Assembly: GCA_964508495.1 (NCBI GenBank)
Contig: CAZDUA010000031.1
Location: forward strand, 1-62,141
Reading direction: 5' to 3'
Length of the DNA: 62,141 bases
From: an uncultured Methanosarcinales archaeon
GTDB taxonomy: Archaea > Nanobdellota > Nanobdellia > Woesearchaeales > ARS49
Of the stretch, positions 53,989-62,141 are shown one piece after another. The position numbers and the translations under genes are program-made. How positions within the stretch are numbered: position 1 is the stretch's first letter; each line of letters begins with the position of its first letter. The notes below the pieces were generated by a model. That model was not told the DNA's origin and made no database searches. It saw only the letters and a list, made by a program, of their open reading frames with translations.

Positions 53989-54080
53989 ATTAGCAAAAGA
54001 CACAAATTCTAGGACAAGGTGTAATGTCTTTTGCTAATCAGAAAACGACAACTACTGTCCATGTATTTTTGTCGTTTTCT
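53989..54080. repeat. Twin perfect inverted repeats (14 bp and 12 bp)
   Basis: ATTAGCAAAAGACA (53989-54002)/TGTCTTTTGCTAAT (54025-54038) and AGAAAACGACAA (54040-54051)/TTGTCGTTTTCT (54069-54080). Confidence 0.9.
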
Positions 54081-54707
54081 TTATACTGGCCGGAATCCTG
54101 TGATTCCCGCAATTCTTATTCCGGTGATTGGGTGTGATCTGCATTCGCAGATTGCTTCTCTGTTTCTTGTGATGAACGTGCAGTCTACTGATGGTGTTGA
54201 GAATGAGCCATGGTTGACTATGAAGTTTCCTTGCGATGTTCCGTACAAGTTCATTGAGAAATACGTTGTTCTTCCTTCCTTGGGAACTCGAACGATCGCT
54301 TCAGAATTTATGCTGATGAAGCTGTCTGTTGGTCCGTCTCCTATTATTTCGCTTCCTTTCGCCATGTCTACTGTTCCGTATTTTTCTGTTCTGTCCACTA
54401 CAAAGTTCAAAGTTGCAATTCTGTCATCTCCTGTCGTGCCATAGCCTGCAGTGGTATCAAGCGAGGTAAAAGCGATGTTGGCGTATAGTTCTTGTGCGAC
54501 GTCTCCGCATTTTCCGTCTGGAAAATCAATGCCGTTTATGCCAAAGAAGCTTATTATTATGTTGTGGAGTTCTACGGCGTAAGCGTTGTCTGTTTCTTCT
54601 GTTATTGCCGCTCCTGTTGGCGTGCTGTTTTCAGGCATTTCTATTTGTAATAGTGTAAAGAATGCTACTAATCCTGCTGCCACATAGATTATCCAGTGAA
54701 ATTTCAT
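54081..54707 (-). CDS. Membrane-anchored secreted hypothetical protein
   Basis: N-terminal TM then TPTGAAI; beta-rich body with Cys pairs. Confidence 0.65.
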   Translation of the reverse strand: MKFHWIIYVAAGLVAFFTLLQIEMPENSTPTGAAITEETDNAYAVELHNIIISFFGINGIDFPDGKCGDVAQELYANIAFTSLDTTAGYGTTGDDRIATLNFVVDRTEKYGTVDMAKGSEIIGDGPTDSFISINSEAIVRVPKEGRTTYFSMNLYGTSQGNFIVNHGSFSTPSVDCTFITRNREAICECRSHPITGIRIAGITGFRPV

Positions 54708-54790
54708 TTCATCTCTTTTTGATTAAATCTATTTGTATTGTATATAAAAGTAGCGAATAGCTATTATATAATGGAAGTTCTTGTAATTGT

Positions 54791-56218
54791 ATGGACCTTT
54801 TTGAGAAGTGTTTGGCCGGAGGCCATCGTTCTAAGTTTACGATTACTGGCCAGACTGTTTTGAAATATAATATTAGTCCTTTTCTTGTTTGGTGTAATGC
54901 TTTTGCTCCTCCAGAGGAGAGGGAGCCTGAAAGCAAGTACATGCATTTGTTGTTCGAGCGTGGTATTGATCATGAGAAAGCCGTGCGCGCTTCTCTCTAC
55001 AAGGATGCTGTTCAAATTCCCATCGTTTCGTTTGAGACTGGTTTCCAGCAGGTCTTGGAGGAGTGCAAGAAAGGCGTTCGTGTTTTGACTAGCGCTCCAA
55101 TTTTTTATTTGCAGGAAGATGTATATGGTATTACTGATGTTTTGGAGAAAAGTAATTCTCATGCAAGTGTTTTTGGAAGTCATCATTATGTTGTGAAGGA
55201 GATTAAGAGTGCGAAGCACATTAAGCACGAGTACATTATGCAGACTGCTTTCTATAATTATGTTCTTGGCAAGATTCAGGGTTTTACTCCGCCCAAATTC
55301 TATTTGATAAATAGAGAGCAGAAGGAGTTTGAGTATTCTTTTGAGAATTATGAGGAGGAATTGAAATTAACTTTGGCTGACATTAAGGAAATTTTTAATG
55401 GCAAGAAGGTTTCTCCTACCGCTAAGTCTTGTAAGTGGCCTTGGGGGGCGTATTGCAACAGGCAGGCGATTGAGGCTAACGATGTTTCTATTATTCCTAG
55501 TGTTGGTCCTGCTTTGAAGAGCCAGTTGAATTCTGTTGGCATTATGACTATTCAACAGCTTGCTTCCCAGCCTGTTAATCTTGATATTACTGAGAATACT
55601 TTGAAGAAAATAAAATTGTACGCGCAGGCGTGGGTTGATAAAAAGCCGATTGTTTTGTCAAAACCGAAGTTGCTTAAATCTGAAGTCGAACTTTTCTTGG
55701 ATTTTGAGGGCACTGATGAGTTGCAAACTGAGGAAGGCTTGGTTAAGGTTGATTATTTGATTGGCTTGTTGATTAAGGACGATTCCGGCGCTCATTTCAG
55801 GCCTTTTGTTGCTGAGAATTTGGCTGATGAGGGCAGGATGTTGCACGAATTCTTGGCTTATATGAAAAAATTTCCTGACGCGCCTATTTATCATTATGGT
55901 CCTTATGAGAAAACGCATTTTCGTGCTTTGAGTGAGAAGTACAAGGTTGACTTGTCGGATATTTTGAAGAGAATGGTTGATGTTTTATCATTGGTTAAGA
56001 AGAATGTTATTTTTCCTACTTTGACGATGTCTTTGAAGGAGATTTCTAAGTTTTTGGGCTTCAGGTACAGGGGTATGGCTGACGCGCAGGAAAGTATTGT
56101 TTTGTACTTGCAGTTTTTGGAAACTAAAGAAAGGGAGTTGTTGCAGCGTATTCTTGATTATAATGAGGACGACGTAAGGGCGACAATGATAATCAAGGAT
56201 TATATTTCTAATCTTTGA
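54791..56218 (+). CDS. TM0106-family RecB-like nuclease with HhH and C-terminal RNase H-like domain
   Basis: RGIDHE, GITDVLEK...EIKSAK...QTAFY (PD-(D/E)xK), IPSVG HhH, FLDFEGT, YHYGPYE, YNEDDV. Confidence 0.85.
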   Translation: MDLFEKCLAGGHRSKFTITGQTVLKYNISPFLVWCNAFAPPEEREPESKYMHLLFERGIDHEKAVRASLYKDAVQIPIVSFETGFQQVLEECKKGVRVLTSAPIFYLQEDVYGITDVLEKSNSHASVFGSHHYVVKEIKSAKHIKHEYIMQTAFYNYVLGKIQGFTPPKFYLINREQKEFEYSFENYEEELKLTLADIKEIFNGKKVSPTAKSCKWPWGAYCNRQAIEANDVSIIPSVGPALKSQLNSVGIMTIQQLASQPVNLDITENTLKKIKLYAQAWVDKKPIVLSKPKLLKSEVELFLDFEGTDELQTEEGLVKVDYLIGLLIKDDSGAHFRPFVAENLADEGRMLHEFLAYMKKFPDAPIYHYGPYEKTHFRALSEKYKVDLSDILKRMVDVLSLVKKNVIFPTLTMSLKEISKFLGFRYRGMADAQESIVLYLQFLETKERELLQRILDYNEDDVRATMIIKDYISNL

Positions 56219-57863
56219 GTGAGAGAACTTCGTATACGATTAGTTCTTTTTCTTTGCCTTTAACTTTTAACGGCTCTAATTTCTTGACTTCAACTTTGTC
56301 TTTTATGAGTTTGTATGTTGACTCTGTGATCATTATTTGTCCGCCTGATGCTGTTCCGCTTAGTCGTGATGATGTGTTTACTGTGTCGCCTATTGCTGTG
56401 AATTCTTGTCTTTGTTTGCTTCCCATGTTTCCTACGACTGCTGGTCCTGAGCAGATTCCTATTCCTAAGTTAATCTTTGGCATGTCTTTTCTGTGTTGTG
56501 TTTTTAGTCCTTCTTGGATTTCCAGCGCGCATTTTACTGCTTTGTAAGCGTGGTCTTTGTCTGGCAGAGGCGATCCCCATACTGCGAATAGTGCATCGCC
56601 AACATATTTGTCAAGCGTGCCTTCATGCTTGAAAATCAAGTCCGTCATGTCTCCGAAATAGTGGTTGAGGAATGAGATGACTTGGTGCGGAGTCATTTTT
56701 TCTGATAGAGATGTAAATCCTCTTATGTCTGCGAACATTGCTGTGATTTCTCTTTCTACTCCTCCTAGTTCTATTGATTTTTCGCTTTTTAGGAGGTGTG
56801 TTACTACGTCTTTTGAGACGTATCTGCCGAATAGTCCGAGTATGTGTTTTTTGTGTTTTGCTTCGCTTGCTGCAACGTATGCTGTTGTTGTAAGCGATGT
56901 TATGCCTAGTGTTAATATTGGGTAAACTAGGTTGAGGATGATGCCTTTGTCGAAATAATAGATTGCTATTCCAATGTAAATTATTGTTACTGCAAAGAGT
57001 ATTGCTGCGCTTTTCCAGACGTTTAGTATTGTTAAAAGAATTCCTGTGATTATTGAGAGAACCAGTATTACTATTATTAGTGATGTTAGTTTTTGGTGCG
57101 TGAGATATTGTTTTGTGAGTATTGTTTGTACCGCGCTCGCGTGGATTTCTACTCCCGGCATTCTCTGCCCTTGTGATGTCGGGACTAAATAGTCATCGTG
57201 CAGGTCTGGTGCTGTTGCGCCGATGAAGATTATTGCGTTTTCGAATTCGCTTTCAGGTATTTTTCCGTTTATGACGTCTGATGCCGAGTATCTTTTGTAT
57301 ACTCCTGGTTTTGAGGCAAAGTTTACTAATAGTTTTTGTTGTGGTATTGTTAGCTCTCGTCCAACGTATTCTTGTGCTGCCTGCAAGGCCAGTGATGGCT
57401 GTTCGTTTAGTTTGACTGGTATGTTTCTGCCTATTCCGTCTTGGTCTGTGTAAACGTTTACCATTCCTGTTGGTATGTTCTCAAATCCCGACGTTGGAAT
57501 AAGCTCTGTTTTTCTCGTGAAGTCGTACTCTCTTGCAATTATCACGTTGCCCGCTTGTCTCATTGATTCGCCCAATGCTTTGTCGTCTTCTGTTGGTTCA
57601 AAGAAGGCGATATCAAAAGCAACAACTTTCGCTTGCCCAGTATGGTTTAGAAGTTTGATGAATTCTGCTCTTGGCCATGGCCATCTTCCGATTTCTTGTA
57701 GGCTTTTGTCATCGATTGTTATTATTTTAATATTTTCTAGTGCTTTGTTTCCTCCGTATAACGTGTCTGTTACTCGTAAGTTCCACGTGTAGAAGAAGCC
57801 TGCTTTTGCAAGAATTATCAGGAGTATTCCTGTCAGCAGTGCCACTATTATGGCGCGTTTCAT
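56208..57863 (-). CDS. CHASE2-domain membrane class III adenylate cyclase
   Basis: IDDKSL...GRWPWPR, FDIAF, GATA..LHD, PGVEIHA (CHASE2); 3 TM; FADIRGFT, DKYVGD, TAIGDTVNTSSRL, KGK. Confidence 0.92.
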   Translation of the reverse strand: MKRAIIVALLTGILLIILAKAGFFYTWNLRVTDTLYGGNKALENIKIITIDDKSLQEIGRWPWPRAEFIKLLNHTGQAKVVAFDIAFFEPTEDDKALGESMRQAGNVIIAREYDFTRKTELIPTSGFENIPTGMVNVYTDQDGIGRNIPVKLNEQPSLALQAAQEYVGRELTIPQQKLLVNFASKPGVYKRYSASDVINGKIPESEFENAIIFIGATAPDLHDDYLVPTSQGQRMPGVEIHASAVQTILTKQYLTHQKLTSLIIVILVLSIITGILLTILNVWKSAAILFAVTIIYIGIAIYYFDKGIILNLVYPILTLGITSLTTTAYVAASEAKHKKHILGLFGRYVSKDVVTHLLKSEKSIELGGVEREITAMFADIRGFTSLSEKMTPHQVISFLNHYFGDMTDLIFKHEGTLDKYVGDALFAVWGSPLPDKDHAYKAVKCALEIQEGLKTQHRKDMPKINLGIGICSGPAVVGNMGSKQRQEFTAIGDTVNTSSRLSGTASGGQIMITESTYKLIKDKVEVKKLEPLKVKGKEKELIVYEVLSLKD

Positions 57864-58678
57864 TTAAGTTTTGCTTTTATGCGTTTTATTTCTTTAGTCA
57901 GCATGTATGCGCGTTTTGCTTTTGGCTTCATCATGCTTGGCACTTCTTGGTAGAGTTTGTCTTCGTCTTGCCTGCCTTCATCTATTTCGTTGAGGTCGTG
58001 CTGTATTCTTTCTTGGTTATAGCCTTTGCCTTCTGCTGCTTTCATCAACATTTTGTTCTTCTTGATTTCTCGTGCTCTGAGCTTTTGCAGAATTTTGACG
58101 TACTTGCCACCAAATTCTTGGAACTTTTGCATTTGCGCTTCCGTCATGTCTTGTTCTTCCATTGTTTTCAGCATGCGTTTCATCTTTTGGACTTTGTGCC
58201 TTTCAGCTTTGTCTCGTTGTCCGTAATCGACTTCTCCGTCTGCAACTTCCAGTTCTTCGTCGTTAATCATGAATTCTGTTCCTCGCACTGTTGCTACTGT
58301 GCTTGGAGTTTCTATTGTGTATTCTGATATTCCTGATAATTTTGTAACTTTGTTCCAAGTCTCTCCTGCGAGTTGTGTGACTTTGACTTTGTCTTTGCTT
58401 ACAATGTCTAGTTGCACTTGGCTGTTCGGCTGCAAGTGCATTATTTCTCCTTCGTAGAATACTACTGTTGCTTCTCCACTTGTTGTTTTGACTTGTGTTC
58501 CTTGTGATAGTTCCATTTCATCTGCGCCTGGCTCCCAGCCTGCTCCTGTGTTGACTTCCACATTTCCGCTTTCAACGTATAATATTGCGGCTGTTGCTGG
58601 TTTTGGTGCGACTACAAAAAAGTAGAATCCGCCTGTAATTAGCAGGATTATCAGTGCTGCGCTGATGAGCTTCTTCAT
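57860..58678 (-). CDS. FecR-domain protein with N-terminal membrane anchor
   Basis: GNVEV, TIETPSTVATVRGTEF, VADGEV; ATGA overlap with the cyclase gene. Confidence 0.8.
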   Translation of the reverse strand: MKKLISAALIILLITGGFYFFVVAPKPATAAILYVESGNVEVNTGAGWEPGADEMELSQGTQVKTTSGEATVVFYEGEIMHLQPNSQVQLDIVSKDKVKVTQLAGETWNKVTKLSGISEYTIETPSTVATVRGTEFMINDEELEVADGEVDYGQRDKAERHKVQKMKRMLKTMEEQDMTEAQMQKFQEFGGKYVKILQKLRAREIKKNKMLMKAAEGKGYNQERIQHDLNEIDEGRQDEDKLYQEVPSMMKPKAKRAYMLTKEIKRIKAKLK

Positions 58679-58751
58679 ATGCCCTGGTTAAGACGGGAGG
58701 TTTAAAAAGCTTTGCAGAAATAATATATAGTTAGGTGCATTATGTCTTCTG

Positions 58752-59858
58752 ATGCGAACTTACGTATTGCTGCTATTATTTTTGCTGGCTTGTGCTCCTG
58801 CGCACCAGCCTGTTGTTAATGAGACTTCTGAGAAGAAGATGGAGTCTCTTGCAACTCTTGCCGTTCATAGCGGTGAGGTTTTTGTTAATGATGGTTCTGC
58901 TTCTGCGGGCATGGATTTGCACGCTGGTGATATTATTAAGACCATGGCTAAGTCAAAGGCCTCTGTTGTGTTTTTTGACAGTTCTGTTTTGAGGTTGGAC
59001 GAGAATACTGAGATTGTTGTAAAGAAGCTTGCTAAGGGCAGTGTTGATTTGAAGCAGAGTGCTGGCCAGACTTGGTCTCGTGTTTTGAAGCTTAGCGGCA
59101 TTCAGGAATATACGATTGAGACTCCTAATACTGTTGCTACTGTTCGCGGCACTGGTTTTGCAGTCAAGGTTTCCGACGGTGATACTAAGGTCATGGTTAA
59201 AGAGGGTAAAGTCCGTGTCGTTTCTTTTGAAGAGAATGTCATGGTTGCTGAAGCTATGGTTACTGAGAATATGGGGATGATTGTGACTGATGAAGCTCCT
59301 TCTGAAATGGAAATGGAGTTCATGGGAGCTGAATCTTGGGTTGATGAGAATTTTGCTGCTGATGACGAGTTCATTGATGAAGTCGTGCATGATTATATGG
59401 AAGAAAATTCTGAATTGTTCGCTAAGATGAATTTGACTGCTGAGGAGATGGAAGCGAGTGTTGAGGATTTTGCTACCGGCCAAGTTGATGAGATTGGAGA
59501 AATTGCTGAAGAACCTGTTGAGGAAGTTATTGAGCAACCAGAAGAGGTTGTTGAAGAGCCAATTGCTGACGTTCCAGCCGAGGATTTGCCTGAAGAGCCT
59601 CTCTGCAAGGATTTATGTGGAGATGGGGTCTGTGCAGAGATAGTCTGTTTGGCAATTGGTTGTCCGTGCGCTGAAACTCCGGATTCATGTCCGCAGGACT
59701 GTAAGCAGATAAGTTTTGACATAACCAATTTCGACGAGTGCGCCAGGGCAGGGTTTCCGATAATGGAATCCTACCCGCGCCAGTGCAGGAGTTCTGATGG
59801 AAGGACTTTTGTTGAAGAGCCGGTTCATAACGAGCCTCCAGCCAATTCAGTGGTCTAA
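58752..59858 (+). CDS. FecR-domain lipoprotein-like protein with acidic linker and Cys-rich C-terminal modules
   Basis: LLLFLLAC; GDIIKT, SVLRLDENT, IETPNTVATVRGTGF, VKEGKV; CGDGVC...CPQDC; ITNFDECARAGFPIMESYPRQC. Confidence 0.8.
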   Translation: MRTYVLLLLFLLACAPAHQPVVNETSEKKMESLATLAVHSGEVFVNDGSASAGMDLHAGDIIKTMAKSKASVVFFDSSVLRLDENTEIVVKKLAKGSVDLKQSAGQTWSRVLKLSGIQEYTIETPNTVATVRGTGFAVKVSDGDTKVMVKEGKVRVVSFEENVMVAEAMVTENMGMIVTDEAPSEMEMEFMGAESWVDENFAADDEFIDEVVHDYMEENSELFAKMNLTAEEMEASVEDFATGQVDEIGEIAEEPVEEVIEQPEEVVEEPIADVPAEDLPEEPLCKDLCGDGVCAEIVCLAIGCPCAETPDSCPQDCKQISFDITNFDECARAGFPIMESYPRQCRSSDGRTFVEEPVHNEPPANSVV

Positions 59859-59922
59859 TTTTCCTCACTTTGTAGTAGTTACTTCAGTAAGCTTTATAAA
59901 GCGTAAATGATAATCTGGTCTT

Positions 59923-61152
59923 ATGGGGAACGGGAAAAAGGACGATAAAGTAAAGGTTAAGCCTGACTGGGAAATCAGGCTTACGCAAGCTCTTCAGCAG
60001 GTTGACGAACTTCCGGAAGATGCTTGCAGGATGCTTCTTAAACAATACTTTAGTTTGATGCATGAAGGAATGGCTGCTGATGAGTTCCAACAGCTCAGTT
60101 TTGACCAGGCGTTTAAGCAGTACAATGGAGTCACAATTGATGATTTCATAAATAACAACCAGGGGAAGTCCGCTGGAGAAATTGTTAAGGGAATGGTTCA
60201 GCACGTCAGAGAGATTACCAGAAGGTATATGGCGCCTTGGTGGCCTTTGAGCATCTACACGGAGAATGGTAATTTGGGAACTCCTCCTACTGACGCGCCT
60301 CCGATTGTTCAGAAAGTCTGGAGTAATCTAGGTGGTCTTTTGCTGCAGATAGCACAGCATGGCGGAATTAGCAACGAGGTGCGTATTGCTTCTGAGGTTG
60401 GTAAACGAACTGGGGCGTTTGAGAAAAGAATCAGAGAGCAGGACGTACAAATTGCACAATTAGGAGACGAAAAAGTAACTGCCTTGGAAGCTGCTGATGC
60501 TGCAAAATTACTGGCAGACATTAAAGAGGCTCAAATTGTAGCACAATCAAAGGTGTACAATAGTACTAGGACAGAATTGGACGCTGCCGGAATAGAACTT
60601 TCAAAGAAGGCCACGAGGATTCAGAATTTGGAGGATCAAGTTGGAAAATTGCAAGGTGAAACTGGCCGTCTTGGAACTGAATTGACTGGCGCTCAAACTT
60701 TGGCTGGAACTCAGCAGGCGCGTGCCGATAATGCTGAAACTCTTGCTGGAACTCAGCAGGCGCGTGCTGATACTGCGGAAAGGCATGCTCTTGCTAATTA
60801 CAAGCGTTCTGTAAAGGCTGAGAAAAATTACAAGTCTGAGAATAGGAAGAAGAGAGCCGGAGTGCTTGGTTTTGTTGCTGCTTCATTGTTGTGTGTTTAC
60901 TTGATTCAAAATCCTATTAAATCACAGGCCCCGCCAATAAAAGAAAAGCCTGCAGTTGTTATTCAACAGTCTGTTGATGAAAAGCACGAGTATGTTGGCA
61001 ACATTTTTATTGCGAGGTATGGAAGCGAAGTTTACAGGATGTCTTTGAAGAAGGCTGATGAAATTTTTGCTCAGATGGAGAAGGACGGCAAAGGTTCTAC
61101 TCCGGACGAGCGCAGGGATTATTTCAGGAAACAGGAGAAACATATTAAATGA
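59923..61152 (+). CDS. Hypothetical coiled-coil protein with a late TM segment
   Basis: Heptad-rich aa ~165-305; TM AGVLGFVAASLLCVYLI. Confidence 0.7.
   Translation: MGNGKKDDKVKVKPDWEIRLTQALQQVDELPEDACRMLLKQYFSLMHEGMAADEFQQLSFDQAFKQYNGVTIDDFINNNQGKSAGEIVKGMVQHVREITRRYMAPWWPLSIYTENGNLGTPPTDAPPIVQKVWSNLGGLLLQIAQHGGISNEVRIASEVGKRTGAFEKRIREQDVQIAQLGDEKVTALEAADAAKLLADIKEAQIVAQSKVYNSTRTELDAAGIELSKKATRIQNLEDQVGKLQGETGRLGTELTGAQTLAGTQQARADNAETLAGTQQARADTAERHALANYKRSVKAEKNYKSENRKKRAGVLGFVAASLLCVYLIQNPIKSQAPPIKEKPAVVIQQSVDEKHEYVGNIFIARYGSEVYRMSLKKADEIFAQMEKDGKGSTPDERRDYFRKQEKHIK
60691..60774 (+). repeat. In-frame 42-bp tandem duplication (14 aa: AQTLAGTQQARADN / AETLAGTQQARADT)
   Basis: gctcaaactttggctggaactcagcaggcgcgtgccgataat followed by gctgaaactcttgctggaactcagcaggcgcgtgctgatact. 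Confidence 0.9.
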
Positions 61153-62141
61153 GTGAACCGAACAAGTATGATGGGGATTCCACTGAAAGGCCAGGTCAGA
61201 GAGATACTGAGAAGGTTTGGGCGGAGTTGGAGCCTGAAGGTCTTGAAGAGGACGTTTCAGACCTTATGCCTACAAGCACAGAGCGTGAATTGCAGCAAGC
61301 GCATGCGGATTTGACTGTTTTAAAGAAACTCAACGAGGGTTTGGAAGGAAGGGTGAACTCTTTGGACGCGGATAATTTGCAGTTAAGTGCGGGAAATGAG
61401 TGGATGTATGATGCCGCTAAGGCGTTGTGTGATTCGATAGTTGTTCATTATGAAAGTTTGAGGGCTTCAGGAGTTTCTCATAATGCATTGGAGCAAATTA
61501 ATCTTGAAGTATCTAGAACTTCAAAACTACTTTCAAAGCTAATCGAAGACAGCAATAACAAGGAATGGCTGCAAAGGCGCGATGACTTGATTAAGACTGC
61601 TGAAGATGCTAGAAAAAAGGTTGAAGATTACCAGAAGCAAATTTCTGTTTTGCAGGATGAGCTTGAAGCTTCTCATGAGCGCACTAAGACTGTTGACGTA
61701 ATTGCTACCGAGCGTGATCAATTGCAGGCGCGCATCAATGAATTGGAAGCTGCAGTAAAAAAACCTTCAGGTGTTGATGCAGACGAGTATGACAGTATTT
61801 CTGCTGACCGCGCAATTTTGCAGTTGCAGGTTTCTGAGCTTGAGCAGAATCTTGCTTTGAAGTCTGATATTTTTAACAAGAATGCCAAATCAATGGCAAA
61901 TAAGTATACCGAGAGTCTTGCTGATAATGCTGCTTTGAAGGAAGTGAATGAAAAGCTTGCAAAAGAAAATAGTTATTTGGACCACCAGAATGTCACACAA
62001 CAGCAGATTGTTTCCGATAATGATAAAAGATGGAGTGCTAAATTTGAAAGGTCAAGAACTGTTGGGCAAAGGAAAGGCATTGCAGGAATTGTCGGCACTC
62101 TTGCCGCTTCTTTAGTTGCGGGTTTTGTTTATTTTAATGGT
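61149..62141 (+). CDS. Hypothetical coiled-coil protein with TM segment; runs off the window end
   Basis: Not in ORF track. Open from ATG 61149 (ATGA overlap) to the end: MSEPNKYDGDSTE...LQARINELEAA...GIAGIVGTLAASLVAGFVYF. Confidence 0.75.
   Translation, partial: MSEPNKYDGDSTERPGQRDTEKVWAELEPEGLEEDVSDLMPTSTERELQQAHADLTVLKKLNEGLEGRVNSLDADNLQLSAGNEWMYDAAKALCDSIVVHYESLRASGVSHNALEQINLEVSRTSKLLSKLIEDSNNKEWLQRRDDLIKTAEDARKKVEDYQKQISVLQDELEASHERTKTVDVIATERDQLQARINELEAAVKKPSGVDADEYDSISADRAILQLQVSELEQNLALKSDIFNKNAKSMANKYTESLADNAALKEVNEKLAKENSYLDHQNVTQQQIVSDNDKRWSAKFERSRTVGQRKGIAGIVGTLAASLVAGFVYFNG

Noticed and set aside
53989-54080. Twin hairpins as a tRNA, dif site or attC site
   Set aside because: No cloverleaf or TTCGA T-loop, the loops are too long for an 11-6-11 dif site, there are no attC R-box/extrahelical-base features, and no integrase is nearby.
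54791-56218. TM0106 nuclease as evidence of a CRISPR-Cas locus (Cas4-like)
   Set aside because: No repeat-spacer array or other cas genes are visible anywhere in the window.
2840-59900. Recurrent AAGCTT(T) palindrome in intergenic regions as a novel regulator site
   Set aside because: It sits at the BRE-TATA junction (AAAG-C-TTTWWA) of many unrelated genes, so it is best explained as the core promoter.
1-62141. rRNA, tRNA, IS elements, integrases, inteins
   Set aside because: None recognised; the intergenic regions were read and are short, and PolB and Lhr are of normal core length.

Overview
This looks like a gene-dense 62 kb piece of an archaeal chromosome, most likely a DPANN lineage such as Woesearchaeota. 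The archaeal call rests on rpl15e, a family-B DNA polymerase, a short archaeal-type TPI, TATA/BRE promoters, GAGGTGA RBSs and class III signal-peptide proteins. The finer taxonomy is inference. Housekeeping genes (grpE-dnaK-dnaJ, polB, rpl15e, trxA, tpiA, lhr, cspA) are mixed with many bacterial-type accessory genes. These include a glycerol-phosphate acyltransferase, gpsA and fabH, an operon of a divergent GTP-cyclohydrolase-II-like enzyme with pyrF and a guanylate-kinase-like fusion, four Hanks-type Ser/Thr kinases, and a FecR/CHASE2-adenylate cyclase module. There is also a 1907-aa surface protein and a pilin-like cluster. I saw no rRNA, tRNA, CRISPR array, integrase or transposase. Items the ORF track does not show: (i) a 54-aa in-frame guaB-start/guaA-end chimera (deletion scar) upstream of purH; (ii) a three-part mutually exclusive pairing element covering the RBS of a pilin-like gene; (iii) twin perfect 14- and 12-bp hairpins with complementary loops; (iv) several unannotated micro-ORFs. 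All functional calls come from motif recognition by eye; no database searches were run.
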